A model generated the notes under the pieces. The model saw only the letters and a list, made by a program, of their open reading frames with translations. It was not told where the DNA came from and ran no database searches. 64,000 bases of DNA from Candidatus Eiseniibacteriota bacterium (lineage in GTDB: Bacteria; Eisenbacteria; RBG-16-71-46): positions 3,559,635 through 3,623,634 of the forward strand of contig OY970178.1 of NCBI GenBank assembly GCA_963707915.1. The letters are read 5' to 3'. The position numbers were made by a program, and so were the translations under genes. Shown here one piece after another: positions 47,169 through 57,626 of the stretch; position 1 is the stretch's first letter, and each line of letters begins with the position of its first letter.

Positions 47169-49844
47169 TTGCACCCGCTCGACCGCATCTTCCGGCCGCA
47201 GCGCATCGCGCTGATCGGCGCCTCGCAGAACCCGCGGAGCGTCTCGGGCACGGTGCTCAAGAACCTGGTCGGCTCGGGCTTCCGCGGGGTGGTCTACCCG
47301 GTGAACCCGGCGCACGAGTCGGTGCTCGGCGTGCAGTGCTGGCCGGACCTCGGGCACCTGCCCCGCACGCCGGACCTGGCGGTGATCTGCTCGCCGGCGG
47401 CCGAGGTGCCCGCCGTGGTGCGGACCTGCGGCGAGGCGGGGATCCGCGGCGTGGTCGTCATCTCGGCGGGCTTCCGCGAGACCGGGCCCGAGGGCGCCGC
47501 GCTCGAGGAGCGCGTGCGCACCGAGGTGCGGCGCTTCGACGGGATGCGCGTGCTGGGACCCAACTGCCTCGGCTTCATCGTCCCGGAGGCGAGCCTCAAC
47601 GTCACCTTCGCGCACGGCATGCCCAAGGCCGGCAGCGTGGGCTTCATCTCGCAGTCGGGCGCGCTCTGCACCTCGGTACTCGACTGGGCGCTCGAGCAGG
47701 GCATCGGCTTCTCCTGCTTCGTCTCGGTCGGCAACATGCTGGACACCGATTTCGGCGACCTGATCGACTACCTGGGCGAGGACGAGCGCACCCGCTCGAT
47801 CCTGCTCTACGTCGAGTCGCTGACCGACGCGCGCAAGTTCCTGAGCGCCGCGCGGGCGTTCGCCCTGGGCAAGCCGATCGTCGCCTACAAGGCCGGGCGC
47901 TTCCCCGAGTCCGCGAAGGCCGCCGCCTCGCACACCGGCGCGCTGGCATCGGAGGACGAGGTGTTCGACGCCGCCTTCGCGCGCGCGGGCGTGGTGCGGG
48001 TCTACGAGATCGCCGACATCTTCAACGTCGCCGGGCTGGTGGGCCGCTACCGCAGCCCGGCCGGCCCGCGGCTCGGCATCGTCACCAACGCCGGGGGCCC
48101 CGGCGTGATGGCGACCGACGCGCTCATCGCGCGGCGCGGCGTGCTGGCCGAGCTCGCGCCGGAGACCATCGCCGCGCTGGACGAGAACCTCCCGCCGGCC
48201 TGGTCGCACGGCAACCCGGTGGACGTGCTGGGCGACGCCAACTCGAAGCGCTTCGCCCGGGCCGCCGGGATCGTGGCGGCCGACCGCGGCGTCGACGCGG
48301 TGCTGGCCATCCTCACGCCCCAGGCGATGACCAACCCGACCGCCACCGCGATGGAGCTGGGCGCCCTGGCGGAGAAGGTGAAGAAGCCGGTGCTCGCGTC
48401 GTGGATGGGCGGGGCCAGCATGCGCGAGGGCGTGCAGATCCTGGCGCACGCTGGGGTCGCGACCTACGGCACCCCCGACGAGGCGGTGCAGGCCTTCATG
48501 ACGCTGGTCGCCTACGCGCGCAACCGGGAGACCCTCTACGAGACGCCCCGCGACATCCCGGTCGAGTTCCCGCTCGACCGGCAGGCGCTCAAGACGCGCT
48601 TCGCCGCGCTGGTGCCGGAGCAGGGCGACACGCTCTCCGAGGCGGCGTCGAAGACCGTGCTCGAGGCCTACGGCATCGCGGTGGCCCGGCCGGTGCCGGC
48701 GCAGGACGCGGACGAGGCCGTGCGGATCGCGGCGGACCTGGGCTACCCGGTGGTGCTCAAGCTCGACTCGCCCGACATCACGCACAAGAGCGACGTGGGC
48801 GGCGTGGCGCTGGACCTGGCGGGGGCCGACGAGGTGCGCGCGGCCTGCGAGCGCATCGTCTCCGGGGCGCGGCGGGCGCAGCCCGGGGCGCGGATCGCGG
48901 GGGTGACCGTCCAGCGCATGGTGCGCTCGCGCGACGGGCTCGAGCTGATCGTCGGCGCGCGCCAGGACGCGGTGTTCGGTACCGTGATGCTGGCCGGCAT
49001 GGGGGGCGTGGCCGCCGAGGTGCTGCGCGACCGCTCCCTGGGGCTGCCGCCGCTCAACGAGCGGCTCGCCCGCCGCATGCTCGAGTCGCTGCGGGCCTGG
49101 CCGCTGCTGCAGGGCTACCGCGGGCGGCCGGGCGTGAACCTGGACCGCCTGATCGAGGCGCTGATGCGGGTCTCCTACCTGGTGGCCGAGCACCCCTGGA
49201 TCAAGGAGCTCGACGTCAACCCGCTGCTCGCCACGCCGGACGAGGTGATCGCACTCGACGCGCGCATCATCGTGGACCGCGAGCGGCTGGCCCGCCCGGG
49301 GAAGCCGTACGCCCACCTGGCGCTGCGGCCCTATCCCGAGGAGCTCGAGCGCCATGTCCTGCTCCCCGACGGCGAGCGGCTGCTGCTGCGGCCCATCCGG
49401 CCCGAGGACGAGCCGCACTGGATGGCGATGCTGGCGGCCTGCTCGCGCGAGACCCTCTACATGCGCTTCCGCTACATGTTCCAGTGGGCCACGCACGAGG
49501 CCGCGCTGCGCTACTGCTTCACCGACTACGACCGCGAGATCGCCATCGTGGCCGAGCGCGAGGGTGGCGAACCGCGGCTGGTGGGCGTCGGGCGGCTGGT
49601 CGCGGAGCCCGAGCACGAGGCCGCCGAGTACGCCGTGCTGGTGAGCGATGCCTGGCAGAACCGCGGCCTGGGCGGCGTGCTGACCGACACCTGCGAGGAG
49701 ATCGCGCGTGGCTGGGGCCTGCGGCGAATGGAGGCCCAGACCACCGCCGACAACGCGCGCATGCTGGCCCTGTTCCGCAAGCGCGGCTACGCGATCGAGC
49801 CCGACGACGAGGGATTGATGAAGGTGACGAAGGAGCTGCGGTAG
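47169..49844 (+). CDS. Bifunctional NDP-forming acyl-CoA synthetase domains + C-terminal GNAT (Pat/Pka-type)
   Basis: IALIGAS, YPVNP, ISAGFRE, LGPNCLG, ISQSGA, ASHTGAL, TNAGGPG, NPVDVLGD, THKSDVGGV, ELDVNP, then LRPIRPED...WQNRGLG. Confidence 0.92.
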   Translation: MHPLDRIFRPQRIALIGASQNPRSVSGTVLKNLVGSGFRGVVYPVNPAHESVLGVQCWPDLGHLPRTPDLAVICSPAAEVPAVVRTCGEAGIRGVVVISAGFRETGPEGAALEERVRTEVRRFDGMRVLGPNCLGFIVPEASLNVTFAHGMPKAGSVGFISQSGALCTSVLDWALEQGIGFSCFVSVGNMLDTDFGDLIDYLGEDERTRSILLYVESLTDARKFLSAARAFALGKPIVAYKAGRFPESAKAAASHTGALASEDEVFDAAFARAGVVRVYEIADIFNVAGLVGRYRSPAGPRLGIVTNAGGPGVMATDALIARRGVLAELAPETIAALDENLPPAWSHGNPVDVLGDANSKRFARAAGIVAADRGVDAVLAILTPQAMTNPTATAMELGALAEKVKKPVLASWMGGASMREGVQILAHAGVATYGTPDEAVQAFMTLVAYARNRETLYETPRDIPVEFPLDRQALKTRFAALVPEQGDTLSEAASKTVLEAYGIAVARPVPAQDADEAVRIAADLGYPVVLKLDSPDITHKSDVGGVALDLAGADEVRAACERIVSGARRAQPGARIAGVTVQRMVRSRDGLELIVGARQDAVFGTVMLAGMGGVAAEVLRDRSLGLPPLNERLARRMLESLRAWPLLQGYRGRPGVNLDRLIEALMRVSYLVAEHPWIKELDVNPLLATPDEVIALDARIIVDRERLARPGKPYAHLALRPYPEELERHVLLPDGERLLLRPIRPEDEPHWMAMLAACSRETLYMRFRYMFQWATHEAALRYCFTDYDREIAIVAEREGGEPRLVGVGRLVAEPEHEAAEYAVLVSDAWQNRGLGGVLTDTCEEIARGWGLRRMEAQTTADNARMLALFRKRGYAIEPDDEGLMKVTKELR

Positions 49845-50037
49845 TCGGACCGGGCCCGGGGACGCGTTCGGCGCCCATCCGCACGCGCTGGGCGGAATCT
49901 TCCGTGCCCGGCTGGCTCTTTCGGGGCTCCCGCCTTACGAATCAACCTTGCGGTTCCTGCACGGTTAGCCCCCCGGCCGCGCGCCGGAGACGGTCGCGCG
50001 GCACGGGGCGTCCCCAACCCATCTCGAGAGGTCCGAC

Positions 50038-51441
50038 ATGGAAGGAAGCCGGTTGCGAGCGTCCCTGCGCGGCCTGGCCTTCGGGCTCGCACTGCTGGCG
50101 GTCGCCGCCACGCCGCGCGGGCTCTGGGCCGCCGGCGCGCTGAGCGTCCCCCACACCACCTTCACCCTGCCCAACGGGCTCAAGGTCATCCTGCACGAGG
50201 ACCACGCGCTGCCCATCGTCAGCGCCAACATCTGGTACCACGTCGGGTCCGGGGACGAGAAGCCGGGGCGGACCGGCTTCGCCCACCTGTTCGAGCACAT
50301 GATGTTCATGGGCTCCCAGCACGTGCCGACCGGGGGGTTCGACCGGCTGCTCGAGGCCGCCGGCGCCGACAACAACGGTTCTACCACCGAGGACCGCACC
50401 AACTACTACGAGGACGGTCCCTCGAACGCCCTGCCGCTGATGCTCTACCTGGACTCGGACCGCATGGGCTTCCTGACCCCCGAGATCACCGCCGAGAAGG
50501 TCGAGCTGCAGAAGGGCGTGGTGCAGAACGAGCGCCGGCAGTCCTACGAGAACCGGCCCTACGGGCTCGCCGAGGAGAACATCCTCAAGCGCCTCTACCC
50601 GGCCGGACATCCCTACCAGTGGCCGGTGATCGGCTCGATGGCCGACCTGCAGGCGGCCTCGCTCGAGGACGTGCAGGGCTTCTTCAAGTCGTACTACACC
50701 CCCAACAACGCGGTGCTGGTGATCGCCGGCGACATCGACCCGGTCCAGACCCGCCGGCAGGTGGAACGCTGGTTCGGTGGCGTCCCGCGCGGGCCCGAGG
50801 TGGTGCGCACGCCGCCGCCGCCGGTGAACCTCGAAGCCGACGTGTTCGGCACGCTCGAGGACCGGGTGCAGCTGCCGCGGGTCTACGACGTGTGGCACTC
50901 CGGCCGCCTGTTCGGCCCGGATGACGCGGCCCTCGACGTCATGAGCCAGATCCTGGGCGGTGGCAAGTCGTCGCGGCTGTACCGCAGGCTGGTCTACGAG
51001 CTGCAGATCGCCAACCAGGTCGCGGTCTACAACGACGCCGGCCGGATGGACGGCAAGCTGATGATGTTCGCCACCGCCACGCCCGGCCACACGCTCGACG
51101 AGTTGCAGCGCGTGATCGACGAGGAGTTGGCGCGCCTCGCGCAGACCGGGCCGACCGAGCGCGAGCTGCAGCGGGTCAAGAACGGCGCCGAGGCCCAGTT
51201 CCTCGACGGCATGCAGCAGGTCGGCGGGTTCTCGGGCAAGGCCAACCAGCTCAACTACTACGAGTACTTCGCCGGGACGCCGGACTACTTCGCCCAGGAT
51301 CTCGCGCGCTACCAGAAGCTGACCACTGCCGACATCCAGCGCGTGGCCCGGGCGTACCTGGCCGACGCGCACCGCGTGGTGCTCAGCATCGTGCCGCAGG
51401 GCAAGGCGGAGCTGGCGGTGACGGAAGGGAGGAAGCCATGA
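50038..51441 (+). CDS. M16 (pitrilysin) zinc peptidase, catalytic subunit, exported
   Basis: Signal peptide; LPNGL; GFAHLFEHMMF (HxxEH); NGSTTEDRTNY; ERRQSYEN. Confidence 0.93.
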   Translation: MEGSRLRASLRGLAFGLALLAVAATPRGLWAAGALSVPHTTFTLPNGLKVILHEDHALPIVSANIWYHVGSGDEKPGRTGFAHLFEHMMFMGSQHVPTGGFDRLLEAAGADNNGSTTEDRTNYYEDGPSNALPLMLYLDSDRMGFLTPEITAEKVELQKGVVQNERRQSYENRPYGLAEENILKRLYPAGHPYQWPVIGSMADLQAASLEDVQGFFKSYYTPNNAVLVIAGDIDPVQTRRQVERWFGGVPRGPEVVRTPPPPVNLEADVFGTLEDRVQLPRVYDVWHSGRLFGPDDAALDVMSQILGGGKSSRLYRRLVYELQIANQVAVYNDAGRMDGKLMMFATATPGHTLDELQRVIDEELARLAQTGPTERELQRVKNGAEAQFLDGMQQVGGFSGKANQLNYYEYFAGTPDYFAQDLARYQKLTTADIQRVARAYLADAHRVVLSIVPQGKAELAVTEGRKP

Positions 51442-52901
51442 ACTCGCTCGTCGCGAACATCGTGCGGCGGTCCGTGTCCGCCTGCATCGGTCTTGCGCTG
51501 ATCGCCGGGGCGGGGTTCGCCGCGGACGCGCCCCTCGACCGCACGAAGCCGCCGGCGCTCGGCCCGCTCAAGCCGCTCAAGGTACCGGTGGTGCAGACGC
51601 AGACGCTGCCCAACGGGCTGCAGTTGGCGGTGGTGGAGATGCACGAGGTCCCGGTCGTCGACTGCATGCTGATGGTGCGGGCGGGCGCGGCCTACGATCC
51701 GCCGGAGAGCCCGGGTCTCGCGAGCTTCGTCGCCGGCATGCTCGACGAGGGCGCGGGCAAGCGCAGCGCGCTGGAGATCTCCGAGGAGGCCGACTACCTC
51801 GGCGCGCAGTTCGGCACCGGCGCGGGGATGGACCACGCGCAGATCGGACTGCACGTGCCCAAGGCGCGGCTGGCGGCGGCGCTCGACCTGATGGCCGACG
51901 TCGCGCTGCGGCCGGCGTTCCCCGATTCGGAGATCGTCCGGCAGCGGGAGCTGCGCAAGAACAACCTCCTGCAGCTTCGCGACCAGCCCACCGCCATGGC
52001 GCCGCTGGCGTTCCACGCCATCCTGTTCGGCGCGGCGCACCCCTACGGGCACCCGCAGGGCGGGACCGAGGCCGCGACCGCGGCGCTGGATCGCGCGCAG
52101 GTCACGCGCTTCTACGAGACGCACTACCGCCCCGGCAATGCGAAGCTGCTGTTCGTCGGTGACGTCACGCTGGCGGAGGCCCGTGCGCTTGCCGAGGCGC
52201 GCTTCGGCGCCTGGGCGAAGGGCGATGTGCCCGCCCGTCCAGCGGGCGCAACGCCGGTCGCGGCCGCGCGCACGTTCTACCTGGTGGACAAGCCGGGCGC
52301 GCCGCAGTCGGTCATCCTGATCGGCAACCTCGGCGTGCCGCGCTCGACGCCGGACTACTACGCGCTGCGGGTGATGAACAACCTGCTGGGCGTCTCGTTC
52401 ACCTCGCGGCTGATGCAGAATCTGCGCGAGCTGCACGGCTACACCTACGGCGCGCGCTCGTCCTTCGACATGTACCAGCAGGCCGGGCCGTTCCGCGCGT
52501 CGTCCTCGGTGCACACCGCCAAGACCGACAGCGCGATGATCGAGTTCTTCCGGGAGCTGCGCCGGGTGCGCGACGAGCCGGTGCCGGCGGCGGAACTGGC
52601 GAAGTCGAAGGCCTACATCGCGCTCGGCCTGCCGGGCGAGTTCGAGACCACGCAGGGCGCGGCCGGCCGGTTCATGGACCTGCTCGCCTACGACCTCCCG
52701 CTGGACTCCTACAACTCGTTCATCGGGAAGATCCAGGCGGTGACCGCCGCGGACGTGCAGCGCGTGGCGAGGAAGTACATCACGCCGGACCAGTTCAGCA
52801 TCGTGGTGGTGGGCGACCGCAGCCAGATCGAAGCGCCCCTCAAGGCCCTGAACGAGGGCCCGGTCGAGTTGCGCGACCTGTGGGGACAGCCGGCGAAGTA
52901 G
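51438..52901 (+). CDS. M16 peptidase, non-catalytic partner subunit, exported
   Basis: Signal peptide; LPNGL; lacks HxxEH; SRLMQNLRELHGYTYG (R/Y pair); ATGA overlap. Confidence 0.9.
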   Translation: MNSLVANIVRRSVSACIGLALIAGAGFAADAPLDRTKPPALGPLKPLKVPVVQTQTLPNGLQLAVVEMHEVPVVDCMLMVRAGAAYDPPESPGLASFVAGMLDEGAGKRSALEISEEADYLGAQFGTGAGMDHAQIGLHVPKARLAAALDLMADVALRPAFPDSEIVRQRELRKNNLLQLRDQPTAMAPLAFHAILFGAAHPYGHPQGGTEAATAALDRAQVTRFYETHYRPGNAKLLFVGDVTLAEARALAEARFGAWAKGDVPARPAGATPVAAARTFYLVDKPGAPQSVILIGNLGVPRSTPDYYALRVMNNLLGVSFTSRLMQNLRELHGYTYGARSSFDMYQQAGPFRASSSVHTAKTDSAMIEFFRELRRVRDEPVPAAELAKSKAYIALGLPGEFETTQGAAGRFMDLLAYDLPLDSYNSFIGKIQAVTAADVQRVARKYITPDQFSIVVVGDRSQIEAPLKALNEGPVELRDLWGQPAK

Positions 52902-53072
52902 CGCGGGGGGCACCGCGACGCAGACGACGGCCCGGTGGGCAGCACGCCCGCCGGGCCGTCGGCGTGGGGTGGGAGGGTTCCGACGCGCTGTCTGCGACGT
53001 CGCGCATGCTCGCCGGTCCACGGGCGCCGGGGGCGTCGTGCCCGGCCCCCGGTCCATGTCGGCGCCGCGGCG

Positions 53073-54137
53073 CTACAGTTTCGCGTCGAGGATGCGCTGC
53101 AGCAGGCGGCCGAAGTCGGCGGAGGTGACGTTGTTCGCGCTGTCGAACGTGTTCACCCGGTGCACCACCACCATGTCGCGCTCGGGGATGACCACGAGGA
53201 AGTGGCCGCCCGCGCCGCGGGCCGAGTAGGTGCCCTCGGGAAGCCGGCAGTTCGGCAGGTGGGGGAGCTTGTTGTGGTCCTTCGCCACCCACCACATGTA
53301 GCCGTAGCCGTCGGAGCGGTAGATCGTGGCGTCGGAAAAGTAGGTCGTGCTCTCCTTCACCCAGTCGGCCGGGACGACCTCCTGGCCGTTCCACTGGCCG
53401 TTGCGCAGCATCAGCAGCCCGAAGCGCGCCATGTCGTGCGCGGTGATGACGAACATGTAGGCCGGGTGCACCGAGCGCCCGCTGCGCCCCCACAGGCTGT
53501 CGGTGGCCGAGAAGCTCTCCATGCCGATGGGGGCGGCGATGTCCTCCGCCATGGCCTGGAAGAGATCCTTGCCGGTGAGCTGCGTGAAGGCCGTGCCGAG
53601 CACGTTGAAGTCCCAGTTGTTGTAGAGCCAGAACTCGCCGGGCTTGAACATCCCCGACGGCGGCTTGAGCTTGTGCATGCCGTCAGTCTCGGCCTCGGCG
53701 GTGTGGAACACGCCCGAGCGCGCCTTGAGGCAGTCGCGGAGGGTCGCGGTCTTCTCCTGCGCGGTGAGCGGCGGATCGTCGTCGATGCCGAGGTCGGCCA
53801 TCGTCCGTTCCAGCCCGATCGCTCCCGATTTCACGTACTTCCCGTAGAGCGCGGAGAGGAAGCTCTTGCGGCACGAATGGGTCAGGTACTTCTCGTCCAC
53901 CGCGCCCCACTCGTCGAGGATCTCGCCGTGGACGACGATGACCACCGCGGCGGTCTTGAGGCTGTCGGAGAGCCGCCGCGCCGCGGCCAGCTTCTCGGTG
54001 GAGTAGCCGAGCGACTCGGGGCTCTTCGCGTGCCCCCAGGTCCTGCCGGGGTAGACGGGGCGCGGAGCGGCGGGCGCGGCACCGCCGGCCAGCGTGAGGG
54101 CGAGCAGCACGGCGGCGGCGAGGCGGACGGGTCTCAT
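53073..54137 (-). CDS. Serine hydrolase, beta-lactamase/esterase family, exported
   Basis: Signal peptide; SCRK (SxxK), YNN (YxN), DMARFGLL, YGYMWW, ARGAGG. Confidence 0.88.
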   Translation of the reverse strand: MRPVRLAAAVLLALTLAGGAAPAAPRPVYPGRTWGHAKSPESLGYSTEKLAAARRLSDSLKTAAVVIVVHGEILDEWGAVDEKYLTHSCRKSFLSALYGKYVKSGAIGLERTMADLGIDDDPPLTAQEKTATLRDCLKARSGVFHTAEAETDGMHKLKPPSGMFKPGEFWLYNNWDFNVLGTAFTQLTGKDLFQAMAEDIAAPIGMESFSATDSLWGRSGRSVHPAYMFVITAHDMARFGLLMLRNGQWNGQEVVPADWVKESTTYFSDATIYRSDGYGYMWWVAKDHNKLPHLPNCRLPEGTYSARGAGGHFLVVIPERDMVVVHRVNTFDSANNVTSADFGRLLQRILDAKL

Positions 54138-54285
54138 GGGGCTCCTCGGGTGTGGGCCGGGGCGGCGGCGCGCGGCGCCGCAGTCGATGCTCGACGGCAG
54201 CATGCCCCGGCGCCTCGCGGACCCGGCGTGCATTCCTACCGGCGCGGCCCCGTGGCGGACGAGTGACGGCCTGTCCGGAACGCCG

Positions 54286-54311
54286 ACGGGCCCGGCACTC
54301 GCCGGGCCCGT
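54286..54311 (-). terminator. Hairpin after the kbl-like gene
   Basis: ACGGGCCCGGC-ACTC-GCCGGGCCCGT 11-bp stem; no clear U-tract. Confidence 0.35.
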
Positions 54312-54328
54312 TCGCGCTGCGCCCGCTC

Positions 54329-55576
54329 CTACATCCCGTACTTCTCGATGATCTCCTTCTTGTTCAGGCCCAGGATGCCGTACTTCGCGCCGACCTTCTT
54401 GAAGGCGGCGATGCCCTTGTCGAGGTGGTGCTTCTCGTGGGCGGCGGAGAGCTGGGTGCGGATGCGCGCCTGGCCCTTGGCCACCACCGGGAAGAAGAAG
54501 CCGACCACGTAGATGCCCTCGTCGAACAGGTCGCGCGCCACGTCCTGCGCCAGCTTGGCGTTGTAGAGCATCACCGGCACGATCGGGCTCTCGCCCTCCT
54601 TGATGTCGAAGCCGGCCTCGGTCAGCAGCTTGCGCCAGTAGGCGGTGTTCCACTCGAGCTTGTCGCGCCGCTCGGTGGTGGCCGAGATCAGGTCCAGCAC
54701 CTTGAGCGCGCCCTCGACGATCACCGGCGCGACCGTGTTCGAGAACAGGTAGGGCCGCGCCCGCTGGCGGCACATCTCGACCAGCTCGCGCCGGCCGCTG
54801 ACGCAGCCGCCCGAGGCGCCGCCGAGCGCCTTGCCGAGCGTGGTGGTGATGACGTCGATCCGGCCGACCACGCCGCAGTGCTCGTGCGTGCCGCGGCCGG
54901 TCTTGCCGATGAAGCCGGAGGCGTGCGAGTCGTCGACGAACACCATGGCGTCGTACTTCTCGGCCAGCGCGACGATCTCGTCGAGCTTCGCGATGTCGCC
55001 GTCCATCGAGAAGACGCCGTCGGTGATGATCATGCGGAAGCGCTTGTCCTGGTGCTCGCTCAGCTTCTCCTCGAGGTGCGCCATGTCGGAGTGCTTGTAG
55101 GTGTCCTGCATCGCCTTGCACAGCCGCATGCCGTCCACGATCGAGGCGTGCACCAGCCGGTCGGCGATCATCACGTCCTGCTCGCCGAGGATGGCCTCGA
55201 AGACGCCGGCGTTGGCGTCCATGCAGGAGGGGAACAGCAGCGTGTCCTCGGTGCCGAGGAACGCGGTCAGCTTCTGCTCCAGCTCGCGGTGGATGTCCTG
55301 GGTGCCGCAGATGAAGCGCACCGACGACATGCCGTAGCCGCGGTGGTCGAGGCCCTGGTGCGCCGCCGCCACGACCTCGGGGTGGCTCGAGAGGCCGAGG
55401 TAGTTGTTGGCGCAGAGGTTGATGACCTTGTGGCCGCCGCTGCCGACCGGGAACTCGACCTCGATGTCGGCGCCCTGCGGCGAGTGGATGAAGCGCTCCT
55501 CCTTGAACAGGCCCTGCTCGCGCAGTGCCTTCAGCTCGGCCTGGTAGTGCTCGCGGACCCTGTCGGCGTAACCCAT
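54329..55576 (-). CDS. kbl: Glycine C-acetyltransferase (2-amino-3-ketobutyrate CoA ligase)-like alpha-oxoamine synthase
   Basis: NLCANNYLGLS, GMSSVRFICGTQDIH, DGVFSMDG, DDSHASG, TTLGKALGGASGG, RPYLFSN, ARIRTQLSA. Confidence 0.9.
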   Translation of the reverse strand: MGYADRVREHYQAELKALREQGLFKEERFIHSPQGADIEVEFPVGSGGHKVINLCANNYLGLSSHPEVVAAAHQGLDHRGYGMSSVRFICGTQDIHRELEQKLTAFLGTEDTLLFPSCMDANAGVFEAILGEQDVMIADRLVHASIVDGMRLCKAMQDTYKHSDMAHLEEKLSEHQDKRFRMIITDGVFSMDGDIAKLDEIVALAEKYDAMVFVDDSHASGFIGKTGRGTHEHCGVVGRIDVITTTLGKALGGASGGCVSGRRELVEMCRQRARPYLFSNTVAPVIVEGALKVLDLISATTERRDKLEWNTAYWRKLLTEAGFDIKEGESPIVPVMLYNAKLAQDVARDLFDEGIYVVGFFFPVVAKGQARIRTQLSAAHEKHHLDKGIAAFKKVGAKYGILGLNKKEIIEKYGM

Positions 55577-55580
55577 GGTC

Positions 55581-55836
55581 TCAGCCCTTCTGCTGGAAGC
55601 GGGTCGACCAGCGCGGCGATGCTGTTGACGGTGTCGAAGGCCTGCGGGCTGGCGTCGGCGTCGGGGATCTGGATGTTGTACTTCTTCTCGAGGAAGCGCT
55701 TGAGCGAGACCATCGAGAAGGAGTCCACGATGCCGCCGGTGATGAGCGGCGAGGCCTCGTTGACCACGCGGTCGTCGTCCTCCTCGAGGTACTCCTTCTT
55801 CACGTAGTCGAGGATCGTCTGCTTGAGCTCGTCCAT
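55581..55836 (-). CDS. Acyl carrier protein (+1 frameshift near the 3' end)
   Basis: Acidic ~84 aa protein with GIVDSFSMVSL (phosphopantetheine Ser) and FDTVNSIAAL; removing one base gives ...LVDRFQQKG* just before the kbl start. Confidence 0.85.
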
Positions 55837-55890
55837 GGGTCTCTCCTGTGGGTTCCGGGCTGCGGCCCGCGGGCCGCGGAACGCAGCGTT

Positions 55891-57603
55891 TCAGTCGTCC
55901 ATCACGGTCGAGATGTCGCCGACCGGCTCGCCCCACTCCTGGGCCCGCAGCATGCGGCGCACGATCTTGCCGCTGCGGGTCTTGGGCAGCGCTCGCCACG
56001 AACTCGATCTCCTGCGGCATCGCCAGCGGCGAGAGCCGCTTGCGGACGAAGTTCATGATCTCCAGCTCGAGGTCCTCGTCCGCCTGGAAGGCCGGGCTTG
56101 AGCACGACGAAGGCCTTGACCACCTCCATGTTCACCGGGTCGGGCTTGGCCACCGCGGCCGACTCGGCCACCGCCGGGTGCTCGAGCAGCGCCGACTCGA
56201 TCTCGAACGGTCCGACCAGGTGGCCGCCGGTGTTGATGACGTCGTCGTCGCGGCCCACGAACCAGAAGTAGCCGTCGGCGTCGATGCTGGCGCGGTCGCC
56301 GGTCAGGTACCAGCCGTTCTTGAACTTGCTCTCGTAGGCGGTCGGGTTCCTCCAGTAGCGCGCGCATCATCGACGGCCAGCCCGGCCTGAGCGCGATCAG
56401 GCCGACGCTGCCCGGGCTGGCCGACCGGCTCGAAGCTGCGCGGGTCGAGCACGGTGGCGGTGATGCCGGGGAAGGGCTTGCCCATCGAGCCGGGCTTGAT
56501 CGGCATGCCCGGGAAGTTGGTGATCACCATGCAGCCGGTCTCGGTCTGCCAGTAGGTGTCGTGGAACATGATGCCGAAGGCCTCCTTCGACCACAGCACG
56601 GCCTCGGCGTTGAGCGGCTCGCCCACGCTCGCCAGGTGGCGCAGCGCGGAGAGGTCGAAGCGGCGCACGGCCTCCGCGCCCTCGCGCATCAGCAGGCGGA
56701 TGGCGGTGGGGGCGGAGTACCAGACGGTGACGCGGTGCTTCTGCGATGAAGGCGTACCAGCGCTCGGCGATGAAGCCCGAGTCGAGCACGACCTGGGTGA
56801 CGCCGTTGGCCCAGGGGCCGATGATGCCGTAGGAGGTGCCGGTGACCCAGCCGGGATCGGCGTTGCACCAGTAGACGTCGTCCGGCTGCAGGTCGAGCAC
56901 CCACTTGCTGGTCAGGTACTGCGAGATCAGCGAGGAGTGCACGTGCTGCGCGCCCTTGGGCTGGCCGGTGGTGCCCGAGGTGTAGTGCAGCACCGAGGGC
57001 GTCTCGGCGCGTCGACGGGTAGACCTCGAAGGACTCGACCCGCGGCTCCTGGTCCAGCGCCAGCGGCGATCTCGCGCGTCCTGCAGCGGCGGGCCCTCGG
57101 CCCCGTCCACGACGATGATGTGCCGCAGGCCGGGCAGCGAGTCGCGGATCTTGCGCATCTTGGCCACGTGCTTGCGCTGCGTGAGGATGGCCGCGGTCTG
57201 CGCATTGTCGAGCCGCGTGTGCAGCGACTCGTCGCCGAAGGCCGAGAACAGCGGCTGGACGATGCCGCCCATCTTGAGGACGCCGAGGAAGCCGATGTAG
57301 AGCTCGGGGATGCGGTCCATGAACAGGCAGATGCGCTCGCCGGGCTTGAGCCCCAGCCGCTGCAGGTAGGCCGCGATGGTGTTCGAGAGCACGCGCAGGT
57401 CGTCGTAGGTGTAGGTGCGCGTCTCGCCCGTGGCCGCCCTCCCAGATCAGGGCCGGCTTCGCGGCCGACCCGAGCTGGCAGATGCGGTCGCTGCAGTACC
57501 AGCCGATGTTGATCGGGTCGCCCCGGCGCCAGCCGAGCTCCTTCTCGGCGATCGACCAGTCGAACTGCTTCAGCCGCTCCTCGTACGAGTTCGCGTCGTT
57601 CAT
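55891..57603 (-). CDS. Acetate-CoA ligase (AcsA-like) adenylate-forming enzyme, interrupted by nine apparent +1 insertions
   Basis: Stitched across frames: [13 protein letters not shown] (P-loop), [57 protein letters not shown]; ~567 aa once corrected. Confidence 0.85.
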
Positions 57604-57626
57604 GCGGTGCGCCCTCTCTCCAGCGA

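Noticed and set aside
53073..54137. Beta-lactam resistance gene
   Set aside because: SxxK/YxN motifs only place it in the broad serine-hydrolase family, most members of which are esterases or peptidases; nothing specific indicates a beta-lactamase.
55891..57603. Programmed frameshifting or phase variation in the AcsA-like gene
   Set aside because: Nine scattered +1 events without slippery sequences or repeat tracts fit sequencing error much better.
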